DNA from: Candidatus Acidiferrum sp. | GTDB taxonomy: Bacteria; Acidobacteriota; Terriglobia; Acidiferrales; UBA7541 | Direction: 5' to 3' | DNA: 64,000 bases | Assembly (NCBI GenBank): GCA_035652855.1 | Contig: DASRCZ010000008.1 | Coordinates: 14,911-78,910, forward strand | Shown: positions 26,142 to 35,393 of the stretch, one piece after another | Layout of the letters: each line of letters starts with the position of its first letter | How positions within the stretch are numbered: position 1 is the first letter of the stretch | Made by a program: the position numbers and the translations under genes | Notes under the pieces: model-generated | Databases searched by the model: none | Told to the model about the DNA's origin: nothing | The model's input: the letters and a program-made list of their open reading frames with translations, nothing else

Positions 26142-27944
26142 ATGCGGGTTTTTCTGTCGCTTTCCGTAGTGCTGTTGTCCGCTGCGGGCTGGTCATCTTT
26201 AGCCGTCGCACAAACGCCGCCGCCGGTCATCTTTTTCACCGATCTACAATCCGGTCCGAATAGCGGAGGGGACGCTCAGGGCGGCTATTCCGGCGCTTAC
26301 GTCACCATCTATGGAAATTTTTTCGGTGCGACGCAGGGGACGTCTACTGTGACGCTGAATGGGTCGTCATGTCTGCGCGTCGTGTCGTGGGGGACATCCT
26401 GGCTGTGGTATCAGCGAATAGTTGTGCAACTAGGCTCCTCCTGCTCCAGTGGAAACCTCGTTGTTTCAACTTCCGCAGGGCAAAGCAACGGCGTTCCATT
26501 TACGGTTCGGGCCGGCAATATCTACTGTATATCTCCAGCCGGATCGGATAGTAACAGCGGAAAGTTTCCATCCTCGTGCTGGTCGACCCTGGCGCATGCG
26601 CTCTCTGTCATGTCGGCCGGAGATACGGTCTATTTGCAGAACGGCGTGGTCAATGCCAATGTGAGCAACTATTCAGCCGTGGCTAATGTACAAGGCAGGC
26701 CGGGCGGCACGGCGGCCAGTCCGATCGCTATCGTTGCATACCCCGGAGCGACCGCTACCATTGGCAGCAACAGCGTCACTTATGCGATCCGTGTTCCACA
26801 AACCGGGGTGAATCCTGCCTATTACGTCATCGCCGGGCTGACATTGCGCGGTGGAGAGGGCTTGGAGATCTTTGGCGCCGATAACTGGCGACTCGTAGCC
26901 AATGATTTAAGCTGTCCGGCGGGAAGCGGCTACGGCTGTACGCATGTGGATCAATCGTCCAACATTTATTACTACGGCAATTACACTCACAATATCACCG
27001 GAAAAGTAAAACTCTACCACGGCGTTTATTTCACTACCAATACTAACCATGTCTGGGTGGGATGGAATTTGATCGACAATGACCCCAGTCATACGGGCTC
27101 AGCCGGATGCCGTGGTTTACAATTCTATTCCACCGGCGGCAACGACATGTATGATGTTCACGTTCACGACAACATCATCCGAAACACCGACTGTGATGGG
27201 ATCGCGATGACGACGATGAACCCGGACCAGGGAACCGTCGAGGTCTATAACAATGTTATCTACAATGCTGGCATGGCCGATCCAGGAGATTTCGCCCACT
27301 ACACCTGTCTGCAGGTCGCAAGTGGCAGTGTTGTCACCATGCCGGCTCAAGTTTACAATAACACTTTGTACAACTGCGGCTCTCGGGGGGGCGGATCGGT
27401 CGTTGGGGCTTTTTCTCTGACCATTCCAACCAAGCTAACCAATAATGTCGTATACAGCGCCAGCTCCGCGGAGCCATATCTCGCATCCGATAACGGCCCA
27501 TGCTCCCTATTGAGCGGCAGCAACAACTTATGGTTTGGGGCCGGCCCGCCGCCGTGCTCTTCCAATCTCAGCAGCAGTCTGAATGTCGATCCCAAATTTG
27601 TCGCCATAGGCTCGAATTTTCAACTACAAAGCGGCAGCCCAGCCATCGACGGCGGCGCCAGCGTTTCCGCAGCCTTTTCGATCGATGGGGTACGGAGGCC
27701 TCAAGGTTCCAGCGTCGACCGTGGCGCATATGAATTTTTTGTAGCGACGACTACCGCGTCCCCATGCGACCTGAACGGCGACGGTTCGATTGACGCATCC
27801 GATGTCTCACTCGCGGTGAACCAGGCATTGGGGAGCACAACCTGCTCGTCTGGCGACTTGGACCGAGACGGCAATTGCACCGTTGTGGACGTTCAGCGAG
27901 TCGTCAACAGCACGCTTGGGCAAGGGTGCCGGGTTGGACCGTAG
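26142..27944 (+). CDS. Secreted IPT/TIG + right-handed beta-helix (pectin-lyase-like) protein with choice-of-anchor-Q-like motif and C-terminal dockerin
   Basis: AGDTVYL; Asn-ladder repeats (VHDNII, VYNNVIYN, VYNNTLYN); FQLQSGSPAID..RPQG..DRGAYEF; CDLNGDGSIDASD..GDLDRDGNCTVVD. Confidence 0.85.
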   Translation: MRVFLSLSVVLLSAAGWSSLAVAQTPPPVIFFTDLQSGPNSGGDAQGGYSGAYVTIYGNFFGATQGTSTVTLNGSSCLRVVSWGTSWLWYQRIVVQLGSSCSSGNLVVSTSAGQSNGVPFTVRAGNIYCISPAGSDSNSGKFPSSCWSTLAHALSVMSAGDTVYLQNGVVNANVSNYSAVANVQGRPGGTAASPIAIVAYPGATATIGSNSVTYAIRVPQTGVNPAYYVIAGLTLRGGEGLEIFGADNWRLVANDLSCPAGSGYGCTHVDQSSNIYYYGNYTHNITGKVKLYHGVYFTTNTNHVWVGWNLIDNDPSHTGSAGCRGLQFYSTGGNDMYDVHVHDNIIRNTDCDGIAMTTMNPDQGTVEVYNNVIYNAGMADPGDFAHYTCLQVASGSVVTMPAQVYNNTLYNCGSRGGGSVVGAFSLTIPTKLTNNVVYSASSAEPYLASDNGPCSLLSGSNNLWFGAGPPPCSSNLSSSLNVDPKFVAIGSNFQLQSGSPAIDGGASVSAAFSIDGVRRPQGSSVDRGAYEFFVATTTASPCDLNGDGSIDASDVSLAVNQALGSTTCSSGDLDRDGNCTVVDVQRVVNSTLGQGCRVGP

Positions 27945-27962
27945 CGTCCCCTGAGGATGCCC

Positions 27963-29264
27963 TCAGTGCGGGCGCCGCTGCTGGTCCAGGACGCCGAGGA
28001 CAACAGCTTCAAACCGGCGGACTGCCGGTCCGACGCCAAAATTGCGGCGCACGATTTCAATTCCCGCGACGCCCATATCGCGTCGCAACTGGTCGGAATG
28101 AATCAACACATCGATCGCGTGACTGATTGATGAGAGATCTTCGGCATTGACGCGAAAGCCGGTGATCCCTTCGTAGATTGCGTCGGCGGTGCCTCCCGCT
28201 ACGCCGCCGATTACCGGCGTGCCGCATGCCGACGCTTCTATGAACACAATCCCGAACCCTTCAGTGTTGCCGGCGATGTCCCGATTCGGCTGCAGAAATA
28301 TGTCCGCCGCTCCCAAATAAGAAGGGACTTTTGCTTCGGGTATAAAGCCTTCAAACCGGGTGTATGCATTCGCGCCGGTCTGCTCCGCCAGGGCGCGCAG
28401 CTCGCGCTCCTGTTCGCCGGCGCCGGCGATTATGTGCACCCAATCGGCCGGGAGCCTGCCGGCCCGCTTTAGCTGCGCTATTGCGCGTATGGCTTGGTCG
28501 ATGCCCTTGCGTGGCGTAAGTCTTGCCAGCGATAAAATGATCCGTTTGCCCTGCCAACCAAGCTCCCGCCGCAACTTTTCTTTGTCGGGCGGCGGTGAAA
28601 ACCGTTCAGTGTCAACAAAGTTCGGCAGGATGACAATCCGGTCCCGAGCAATGCCAGCGAGCTCCGCCGCCCGGTCGGCGGTATACCTGCTGACGGCGAT
28701 ATTGACCGCCGCCCTCCGCATTGCCCGCATCTGCGCCCGGAACAACAACGGCCGCAAAAACCGCGATGCGGATGCCGCGGCAAGTTCTTCTCCATGCAGG
28801 TAGTTGATCAAAGGAATCGCGCCTGGAACTTGCCCCATCAGCCACCCAGCTATATACGTAGCGCCGCAGATGACGACATCGGGACGAACCGCGCAAAGTA
28901 CGGCTCGCCACTCCCGGCTCGTTCTTACAAAAAATTGTCCCGCTTCGACTAAACGGCTCGCCAGCGTGGCTGATGGAGCAAAGGCGAGCTCAAAACGCTG
29001 AATTCGCCGCACTTCGTACCCATTCTGGCGGGGACAGGATCGGTCGAATTGCTCGAGAACGCGCACATCGCCTCGATCCTGCCGCTGCGTAACCACGACA
29101 GCCTTGAGCGCTTGCAGTCGGATCAACATCTGGTGGTACAACTGTACAGCGCCGCCGTAACAGGAAGGGGCGTAGTATGGCGCAACCAGCAGAACTTGCG
29201 GCTTGATGCTGCGCCCAGGCGAGAGAATATTCGGGGCAGGAACCACGTCGTGTCTAACGGGCAA
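27963..29264 (-). CDS. GT4 glycosyltransferase
   Basis: LARLTPRKGID, EGFGIVFIEASACGTPVIGG. Confidence 0.9.
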   Translation of the reverse strand: MPVRHDVVPAPNILSPGRSIKPQVLLVAPYYAPSCYGGAVQLYHQMLIRLQALKAVVVTQRQDRGDVRVLEQFDRSCPRQNGYEVRRIQRFELAFAPSATLASRLVEAGQFFVRTSREWRAVLCAVRPDVVICGATYIAGWLMGQVPGAIPLINYLHGEELAAASASRFLRPLLFRAQMRAMRRAAVNIAVSRYTADRAAELAGIARDRIVILPNFVDTERFSPPPDKEKLRRELGWQGKRIILSLARLTPRKGIDQAIRAIAQLKRAGRLPADWVHIIAGAGEQERELRALAEQTGANAYTRFEGFIPEAKVPSYLGAADIFLQPNRDIAGNTEGFGIVFIEASACGTPVIGGVAGGTADAIYEGITGFRVNAEDLSSISHAIDVLIHSDQLRRDMGVAGIEIVRRNFGVGPAVRRFEAVVLGVLDQQRRPH

Positions 29265-29307
29265 TTGTCGGCCTCACGAGTTCTTTTAGCAGCCTGTTTT
29301 GCGTGTT

Positions 29308-31029
29308 TTAAATGAGGGCGGCTGCTTCAACGTTTTTTGGAGCGATCACCGCGCTCGTATATCCACCAGTTTCAGCGGCCGTAGCCAGAGTGCATCCATC
29401 GATGGCCTCCGCGCCGGCGCATTGGCTGTACGTATGAAGGCCCACCAGTCCCTCCCAGGTCGTCGGATCAAGCGTCAACAAAGCCTGCTCGCAATACTCC
29501 TCCGGGTTCAAGGTAGTAATTTCCTGAAAATTCAAACGATAGCCGTAACGCACGCTGCCATCCTGGCTCGGCCGCAGCAGCCTGCCGTCCTGTCGAAAAA
29601 TGGGACCCGCGCCTCGGACGGTCCGGACATCGGCGCATATCGGGTTGGCCGGGTGACTCTTCCATTCGCCGGTCAGTTCACGGGAAAAAAACAAGAACAG
29701 CATCGTTCCCTCGGCGCGGCTCTCCTTGAGCGTGGAAAAAAACCACCAGAATTCCCCGTCATGCCAAATCGCCGTGTCCACCGCCCATAGGTTTGAGGCC
29801 AAAACCTTCTCGAGCTTCCACTCATGAGGAAAGTGAACAGCCCGATATAGCTCTACCGTCCGGTTGCCACCCGTCTCGGGCACCATGAAGATCTCGCCGC
29901 CGTATTCGAATACCTGGGGAAAGGACAAATGATAATTGCGTCGCAAAGCAACGCGGGCCTCCGATAGAGCGCCATCCGGGAGAACTGCCGCGCAATCGAT
30001 AACAGCCCGCCGCGCGGCGTACTCATAGTGCTCGTAAAACAGCCAGATCTGTCCTTCGCGCCGTATGAGAAATGGATCCGCATAGAGGTGACCCGGGGGC
30101 GAAGAAATCCACCGGAAGCCGCTCGTATCAGGAACGCCACTCCTCAGCAATCGCTGCTCTCCAACGCGGATGGCCATACGCCAGTGTTCAGCGCGCGCAC
30201 CAGTTACAAGCCGGCGGGCGACCTTGCCGGCAATCTTCGGAGCGAGCCAGGCGATCATTTCTGTATTCGACGGATTCCGGCCATGGGCAGCCGGTGCGTT
30301 CCGCGATGGCGGCTCGGAGGACCTCACGGCGCCGCACGAATGAAGCTCGAATAGCTTTTGAATTACAAACGATGTGCAGGCCCATCCGGGTCGAGCCCGG
30401 CCCGCGCGCCACGAGATATTTCCCGCCGGAGCGCCGCCGAAAACGCCCTCACATAACACACGGTCGTTCTTCCCCGCATCGCCCAGAACACACAGCGCAA
30501 CCCGGGTGAACGGACGCGCGTACCGGACCTGCCAAAACAACGCAAGAGCGCCATCCCGCTCGGGGCCGTCGGCGAATCGATACGCCCATACCCCGTGACG
30601 AGGGATCTGCACAATGCGTCCCCGTATATCGCGGCACGAAACAAGCAATAGGACATCTAGGTCGGCGGCGCGAATCGCCTCGAGCGCGTCTGACCCGATT
30701 TCACCGTCTGCTGAAACCTCGGCATCTATGCGCCGTGCGGCGCCAAACGCGTCGGCCGCCTCAGCCGGTGCGAATGGATCCGCGGCGGCGTTCGCACGCA
30801 TTCGGTCCCACCGGTCATACAGACGAAACAGCACGCCTGCGCGCCGGGACGCCGCCGGCCCCTGCATCCGCACCACGACTTCGAGCCGCGCAAAATTGCA
30901 CTTCGCAATATCCTCGAAAATCGACAAGAACAGCTGCGGGATAGACCCCGCATCGGCAAGGACGCCAACCCTTAACGCTCGGCTATTGCTCGATGAAATC
31001 CGATATAAGGAGGAGAGCACAGTGATCAT
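29308..31029 (-). CDS. Degenerate formyltransferase-like domain fused to a GINT1-N/GH43-like five-bladed beta-propeller
   Basis: DLDVLL..PRHGVW in the N-terminal part; YADPFL, HLSFPQVF, MVPET, RGAG, RPSQD, GLHTY. Confidence 0.7.
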   Translation of the reverse strand: MITVLSSLYRISSSNSRALRVGVLADAGSIPQLFLSIFEDIAKCNFARLEVVVRMQGPAASRRAGVLFRLYDRWDRMRANAAADPFAPAEAADAFGAARRIDAEVSADGEIGSDALEAIRAADLDVLLLVSCRDIRGRIVQIPRHGVWAYRFADGPERDGALALFWQVRYARPFTRVALCVLGDAGKNDRVLCEGVFGGAPAGNISWRAGRARPGWACTSFVIQKLFELHSCGAVRSSEPPSRNAPAAHGRNPSNTEMIAWLAPKIAGKVARRLVTGARAEHWRMAIRVGEQRLLRSGVPDTSGFRWISSPPGHLYADPFLIRREGQIWLFYEHYEYAARRAVIDCAAVLPDGALSEARVALRRNYHLSFPQVFEYGGEIFMVPETGGNRTVELYRAVHFPHEWKLEKVLASNLWAVDTAIWHDGEFWWFFSTLKESRAEGTMLFLFFSRELTGEWKSHPANPICADVRTVRGAGPIFRQDGRLLRPSQDGSVRYGYRLNFQEITTLNPEEYCEQALLTLDPTTWEGLVGLHTYSQCAGAEAIDGCTLATAAETGGYTSAVIAPKNVEAAALI

Positions 31030-31038
31030 CTGCCCATG

Positions 31039-31054
31039 AGCAACTCGCGTGCCA
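31039..31054 (-). promoter_or_regulatory. Consensus sigma54 promoter
   Basis: Minus strand TGGCACGCGAGTTGCT, a full match to TGGCACG-N4-TTGCW. Confidence 0.8.
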
Positions 31055-31073
31055 AGCAGGAGAACTTAACTCA

Positions 31074-31089
31074 TGGCGCCCGACGTGCA
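31074..31089 (+). promoter_or_regulatory. Candidate sigma54 promoter, divergent partner of the 31039 site
   Basis: TGGCGCCCGACGTGCA. Confidence 0.55.
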
Positions 31090-31118
31090 TTCGCGTAGCC
31101 CTATAGTGGTGACGATCC

Positions 31119-31712
31119 TTGTTTCGGACATTCAAAGCTGACCTGTCCCAATATTTTGCATATTCGACCAACGGCCGGGTCGGTATGCGAGAGGCCGTCT
31201 ACGCCATCCTCGAGCCCTCATTGTGGGCCGTGGCAATCTTCCGCTTCGGCAAACGGGTGCAGCATATTTCCTTTCCGCCTATACGGAAATGCCTCATGGT
31301 TCTATATGTGTTCGCATACAAGTTTTGCGAACTGGCGACCGGAATCCGGATCTCCATCGATTCGGAAATCGGTCCCGGCCTGGTGATCCACAATTTTGGC
31401 GGCATCATCGTTCATGGAACCATTGGGCGCAATTGCTTTGTGAACCAGGGTTCACAAATGATCTCACGAGGAGATGGCGCCGGCGCCGGATGGCCCACCC
31501 TCGGGGATAACGTTTATGTCGGAGCCGGCGCCAAAATCGTCGGCAACATCCGGATCGGCAACAATGTTCGGATTGGGGCCAATGCGGTCGTTCGAAGAGA
31601 CGTGCCGGACAATTCAATCGTCCTGCCGCCGCAAAGCACTGTAAAACCGCTCAGAACAACACCGCCGCTGTCGCGCTCCGCTCACGCCTCGCGCCAAGCG
31701 GCTTGCGATTAA
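31119..31712 (+). CDS. Hexapeptide-repeat O-acetyltransferase (CysE/WcaB-like)
   Basis: IGPGLVIHNFGGI, PTLGDNVYVGAGAKIVGNIRIGNNVRIGANAVV..DVP. Confidence 0.88.
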   Translation: MFRTFKADLSQYFAYSTNGRVGMREAVYAILEPSLWAVAIFRFGKRVQHISFPPIRKCLMVLYVFAYKFCELATGIRISIDSEIGPGLVIHNFGGIIVHGTIGRNCFVNQGSQMISRGDGAGAGWPTLGDNVYVGAGAKIVGNIRIGNNVRIGANAVVRRDVPDNSIVLPPQSTVKPLRTTPPLSRSAHASRQAACD

Positions 31713-33064
31713 TTAACAAGCTCTGGCGCTGCCTGCTCGAGCGCCGGCAACTCGGTTGGCTCTGGATAGGCCTCCGCTTCTTCTTCGACCATGTTCAAGC
31801 CGCGGTACACCATGCCGAACATTATGAACGTATAGCCTGATATCTCGATATAACCCCACCGATTCCCAAAGCAGTTGCCAATCGCTATGCAGATCACGCA
31901 CACAAGGCTTCCCAGGCCGATCGACATCAGCATCGGATCGTTCGCCCGCCGGAAAAGCCGCCATGAGCTCGCCAATGCCGTTCCGAGCAGCCACAGAAAA
32001 ACGGAAAAACCGGCTACGCCCATCTCGCCGAGCAATTGAATGTAATAGTTATGCGCGTCAGCGAGCCCCTCATAGTGCACCAGAAATTTGACTGTGTCAA
32101 AGCCCGCGCCGAACCATGGATGCTGTTTGAACAGACCCATCACGAGGTCCCACATGATCAGCCGTCCCGCCGCCGAAGCTTCCAATTCACCATTGGCCTG
32201 CTGCGTCATGGTAATGCGTTCTATGACGGCGCCGGGAATAATGGTCGCGCCGATGGCCAACGATACGATGAGGAAGGCAATGGTCGCGAATACGAGGCCG
32301 CGGCGCTTAAAAATGCCGAGCGCGATGAAACCGATTGCAAACGCAAGATACGCGCCTCGGGAAAAAACCATCACCATGCATGCCGTAGTCGCCAGGCCCA
32401 GAAAGGTGAACGCCCACCGGCGAACTTTCTGCTGCGACAATGCGAACGCCAGTATAAATAGAGCATTCTGCGCCAGGAATGCCGCGAGGCCATTTTCTCC
32501 GGCTGACACCATGGTCGCGGGGTCGCGTTTCGTGTATGAAAATGTGTCGAAAGTCCGTCCCCGATTACTCAGGATGAAGCTTCGTTCAACCCACAGCATA
32601 CCGATGCACATCAGTACGACCACCAGAAGCATCTGCTTGCGAGTTTGAATCGTCTGTTGCGCCAGGAACAACAGAAAAGCAATCCGGCAGTAATTCTTCC
32701 AATCTGAAAATCTGATATCGCTGAATGGGGCCGGCAGCGGCAAATCGTTGAGCAGAGACCCTGTCCACAGCGTGACGAAAGTCAGAATCCACAACGTGAA
32801 AACCACTTTTCGAAGCGCGCTCGAGGCGAAAATGCGCTGGCCTCGTAAGAACAGGCCGACCGCAATGCCTAGCATCAGCAAATCAATGAATTGATCGGCA
32901 AGCAAAAACCCGTGCAACTTCGCTCGAAGCGTCTCGTTCGGCAATAGTGGTATAAGCACATACAAGCCGATTTCTGGGCGGCGCAAGGCAGAGATCACTA
33001 CAGCCCCCATTACCGTCAGGTAAAGGGTCCAGAGAACGACGGGACCTAGACCAAAGCCGGACAT
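31709..33064 (-). CDS. O-antigen ligase/Wzy-family polytopic membrane protein
   Basis: Many TM helices; SRGAYL, SAAGRLIMW, PWFGAG, AHNYYIQLLGEMG. Confidence 0.85.
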   Translation of the reverse strand: MSGFGLGPVVLWTLYLTVMGAVVISALRRPEIGLYVLIPLLPNETLRAKLHGFLLADQFIDLLMLGIAVGLFLRGQRIFASSALRKVVFTLWILTFVTLWTGSLLNDLPLPAPFSDIRFSDWKNYCRIAFLLFLAQQTIQTRKQMLLVVVLMCIGMLWVERSFILSNRGRTFDTFSYTKRDPATMVSAGENGLAAFLAQNALFILAFALSQQKVRRWAFTFLGLATTACMVMVFSRGAYLAFAIGFIALGIFKRRGLVFATIAFLIVSLAIGATIIPGAVIERITMTQQANGELEASAAGRLIMWDLVMGLFKQHPWFGAGFDTVKFLVHYEGLADAHNYYIQLLGEMGVAGFSVFLWLLGTALASSWRLFRRANDPMLMSIGLGSLVCVICIAIGNCFGNRWGYIEISGYTFIMFGMVYRGLNMVEEEAEAYPEPTELPALEQAAPELVN

Positions 33065-33150
33065 TCTACCTCATAGCCGCCGTCAGCGCGCCCCGGCGGC
33101 CCCAGCCGAGCTGCGGACCCGCCCCATACTCATAGACTCCCACCCTTGGT

Positions 33151-34116
33151 CTAAGCCCGATGGATTCCACGGAATGCAGCTAGGGGAAGAACGAGGGCGC
33201 GAGCAAACGCATAGGCAAGCACCAGCACGACCAGGAGCGGGCCATAGTGCAGTTTCCGGCCCCGTTCGGGCCCGGAGAGCGCCAGCAGTACAGGAGGCAG
33301 CAGCAGAGCGCACAGGCAAGCTGAGACTAAAGCGACTCGGCCAAAAATGCCGGAGACAAGCAGCAGCATCGTACACGCCAGCGTGTAGATCGCCAGCGAA
33401 ATCGCCCGCCGGTTCGCATGCAGCGCGGAGCGATTCATCACGGCAGAACCGTGCCAGAACTGACGTCTTACAAAGTGCGCGAGATTCCGCTCACAGCCAT
33501 GGTGCACGATTGAAAGCGCCTCATCCGCAAAAACTGTCGCGCCGGCCCGCTTCGCGCGCGCGCAGAATTCGACATCTTCATTGGCGCGCAGCGATTCGTC
33601 AAAACCGCCGATCCGCCAGAACAGGTCTCGCGCAAGAAGCATATTCCCGGCCGGTACAAATGGAACTGCTCCCGTTCGCCTCTGGTCAAATCGCCAGTAC
33701 CACACTCGGCCAGGCCAAGGAGCATTCGGCGGAACAAGGTACGATGCGCCCGTAACCGTCACGTTAGCGGCAAGGATCCGGTCCGCGGCCTCGAGCCACT
33801 GCGGACATACATCGCAATCGGCGTCGACAAACGCCAGATAGCGCCCCTGGGCGGCGCGCGCGCCGGAGTTCCTGAGCGCACTGACCGACACGCCGGGAAT
33901 ACTCAGAATTCTGATGTCAAGCCGGTGCGAAAACGTCCCGGCAATCTGAAGCGTGCGATCCGACGAGCCGTTATCGGCCACGAGGACTTCCACGGTGGAA
34001 AGGTCGTAGTCGAGCTGACAAATTGCTTCAAGGCACGTCGCAATAAATGCTTCTTCGTTCAGCGTCGGAATGATGATCGACCAGGTCTTTGTTTGTGGCG
34101 CTGAAGCTCCAGGCAC
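33151..34116 (-). CDS. GT2 glycosyltransferase with C-terminal TM helices (start re-called to GTG 34116)
   Basis: SIIIPTLNEE, DNGSSD, RNSGA, FVDAD, GGFDE..EDVE. Confidence 0.88.
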   Translation of the reverse strand: MPGASAPQTKTWSIIIPTLNEEAFIATCLEAICQLDYDLSTVEVLVADNGSSDRTLQIAGTFSHRLDIRILSIPGVSVSALRNSGARAAQGRYLAFVDADCDVCPQWLEAADRILAANVTVTGASYLVPPNAPWPGRVWYWRFDQRRTGAVPFVPAGNMLLARDLFWRIGGFDESLRANEDVEFCARAKRAGATVFADEALSIVHHGCERNLAHFVRRQFWHGSAVMNRSALHANRRAISLAIYTLACTMLLLVSGIFGRVALVSACLCALLLPPVLLALSGPERGRKLHYGPLLVVLVLAYAFARALVLPLAAFRGIHRA

Positions 34117-34129
34117 TGCGGGTCTCACT

Positions 34130-34145
34130 TGCAACCCTCTGGCCA
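34130..34145 (-). promoter_or_regulatory. Candidate sigma54 promoter
   Basis: Minus strand TGGCCAGAGGGTTGCA; it overlaps the ORF-track start, which implies a later start codon. Confidence 0.6.
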
Positions 34146-34343
34146 AAGCGCTGCTCCACCGCCTCTTTTACACCGCCTGGCGACTCAGTGCGCGTTCCGA
34201 ATTTAGGTATAGCGCCAGAATTCGGGATTCATTGCAACAAAATTGTATGACCGCAGTTCGAACCCTGTCGCATGCTCAAAACCGGCCCTTTGCGCGCCGC
34301 CGAGCGAGCCATGACGAACCAGTTCTGGGGATCCATACTCGAT

Positions 34344-34359
34344 TGGCATAGCTCTTGCA
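34344..34359 (+). promoter_or_regulatory. Near-consensus sigma54 promoter for the 34493-40381 operon
   Basis: TGGCATAGCTCTTGCA. Confidence 0.75.
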
Positions 34360-34492
34360 ACACGCCTTTGTACTCAATATTCGAGGCAGAGTGCCAGCCG
34401 AAGCACAGTCCGCTAGATCCGTTGTACCCGTTCATGACGCACCAGACTGGCATGAAGTCGCATGTTGAGTCTCTCGACGATAGTCGGAACCG

Positions 34493-35365
34493 ATGATTAA
34501 CCTGACCTCCGTGGAAGCGCACAACACGGCGCCATTAGGGCTTGACCATCCGTTGAAAGCGCGGGCGATCAAGTACTACCAGAGACACGCCGCAATCTAC
34601 AACGAACGGTACTCCGTCCGGGCGGCGGGCGACCTGCTGTGGAGTCGCCACCGGGCTTTGCTCCAACTGGTAGACCGCTGGGCGCTCCCGCCTGGCTCGC
34701 GCATTGTGGATCTGGGGTGTGGACCGGGACTCTTAACGCGTGATCTGGCACGATTGGGATACGCCGGAGTTGGCGTAGACACATCGGCTGCAATGATCCG
34801 TCACTGCCAAGATCAGGCCAGGGCCGCCAATCTTGGCGCCTCATGGAGCTACCAACTCGGCGACGTTGAATGCGTGGCATTGGCCAGCGGCAGCTTCGAT
34901 GCGGCGATCTGTTCAGGCGTCATTGACTACCTGCCAACTGACAATAAACTGTTGGCCGAAGCGCGCCGTCTCCTCAAGCCGGGAGGTCGTTTTCTTTTAT
35001 GCGTAACGAATAAATTCGGCTATACAGTCTCGCTATCGACGCCGCTGTATTGGCTGAAAAGACTCCCGGGCGTTAATGCCTTCGCATCCTGGATGCGCTC
35101 TCTGGTCGTAGGCGGGCGCGAAGGCGCGATGCGCTTCGATTTCCGACCCCGAAAGCATCGCCCGGCCCAAATTCGCAACAGCTTGCGCGCGCATGGGTTC
35201 CGGCTGAAGCATGACCGCTATACGCATTTTTCCCTTCTGCCTGCGCCGCTGTGCGCCTTGACATCCCGTTTGACCTGCGACATCGACCGGAGACTCGAGG
35301 GGTTGGACCGGACGAGATTACGAGTACTTGGCTCCTGCTACATACTCGATTGCGAGGCAGAGTAA
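34493..35365 (+). CDS. Class I SAM-dependent methyltransferase
   Basis: IVDLGCGPG, GVDTS, SFDA, RLLKPGG. Confidence 0.88.
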   Translation: MINLTSVEAHNTAPLGLDHPLKARAIKYYQRHAAIYNERYSVRAAGDLLWSRHRALLQLVDRWALPPGSRIVDLGCGPGLLTRDLARLGYAGVGVDTSAAMIRHCQDQARAANLGASWSYQLGDVECVALASGSFDAAICSGVIDYLPTDNKLLAEARRLLKPGGRFLLCVTNKFGYTVSLSTPLYWLKRLPGVNAFASWMRSLVVGGREGAMRFDFRPRKHRPAQIRNSLRAHGFRLKHDRYTHFSLLPAPLCALTSRLTCDIDRRLEGLDRTRLRVLGSCYILDCEAE

Positions 35366-35393
35366 AGCCTGAAGTCCAGCCTGAGGTCGCCCG

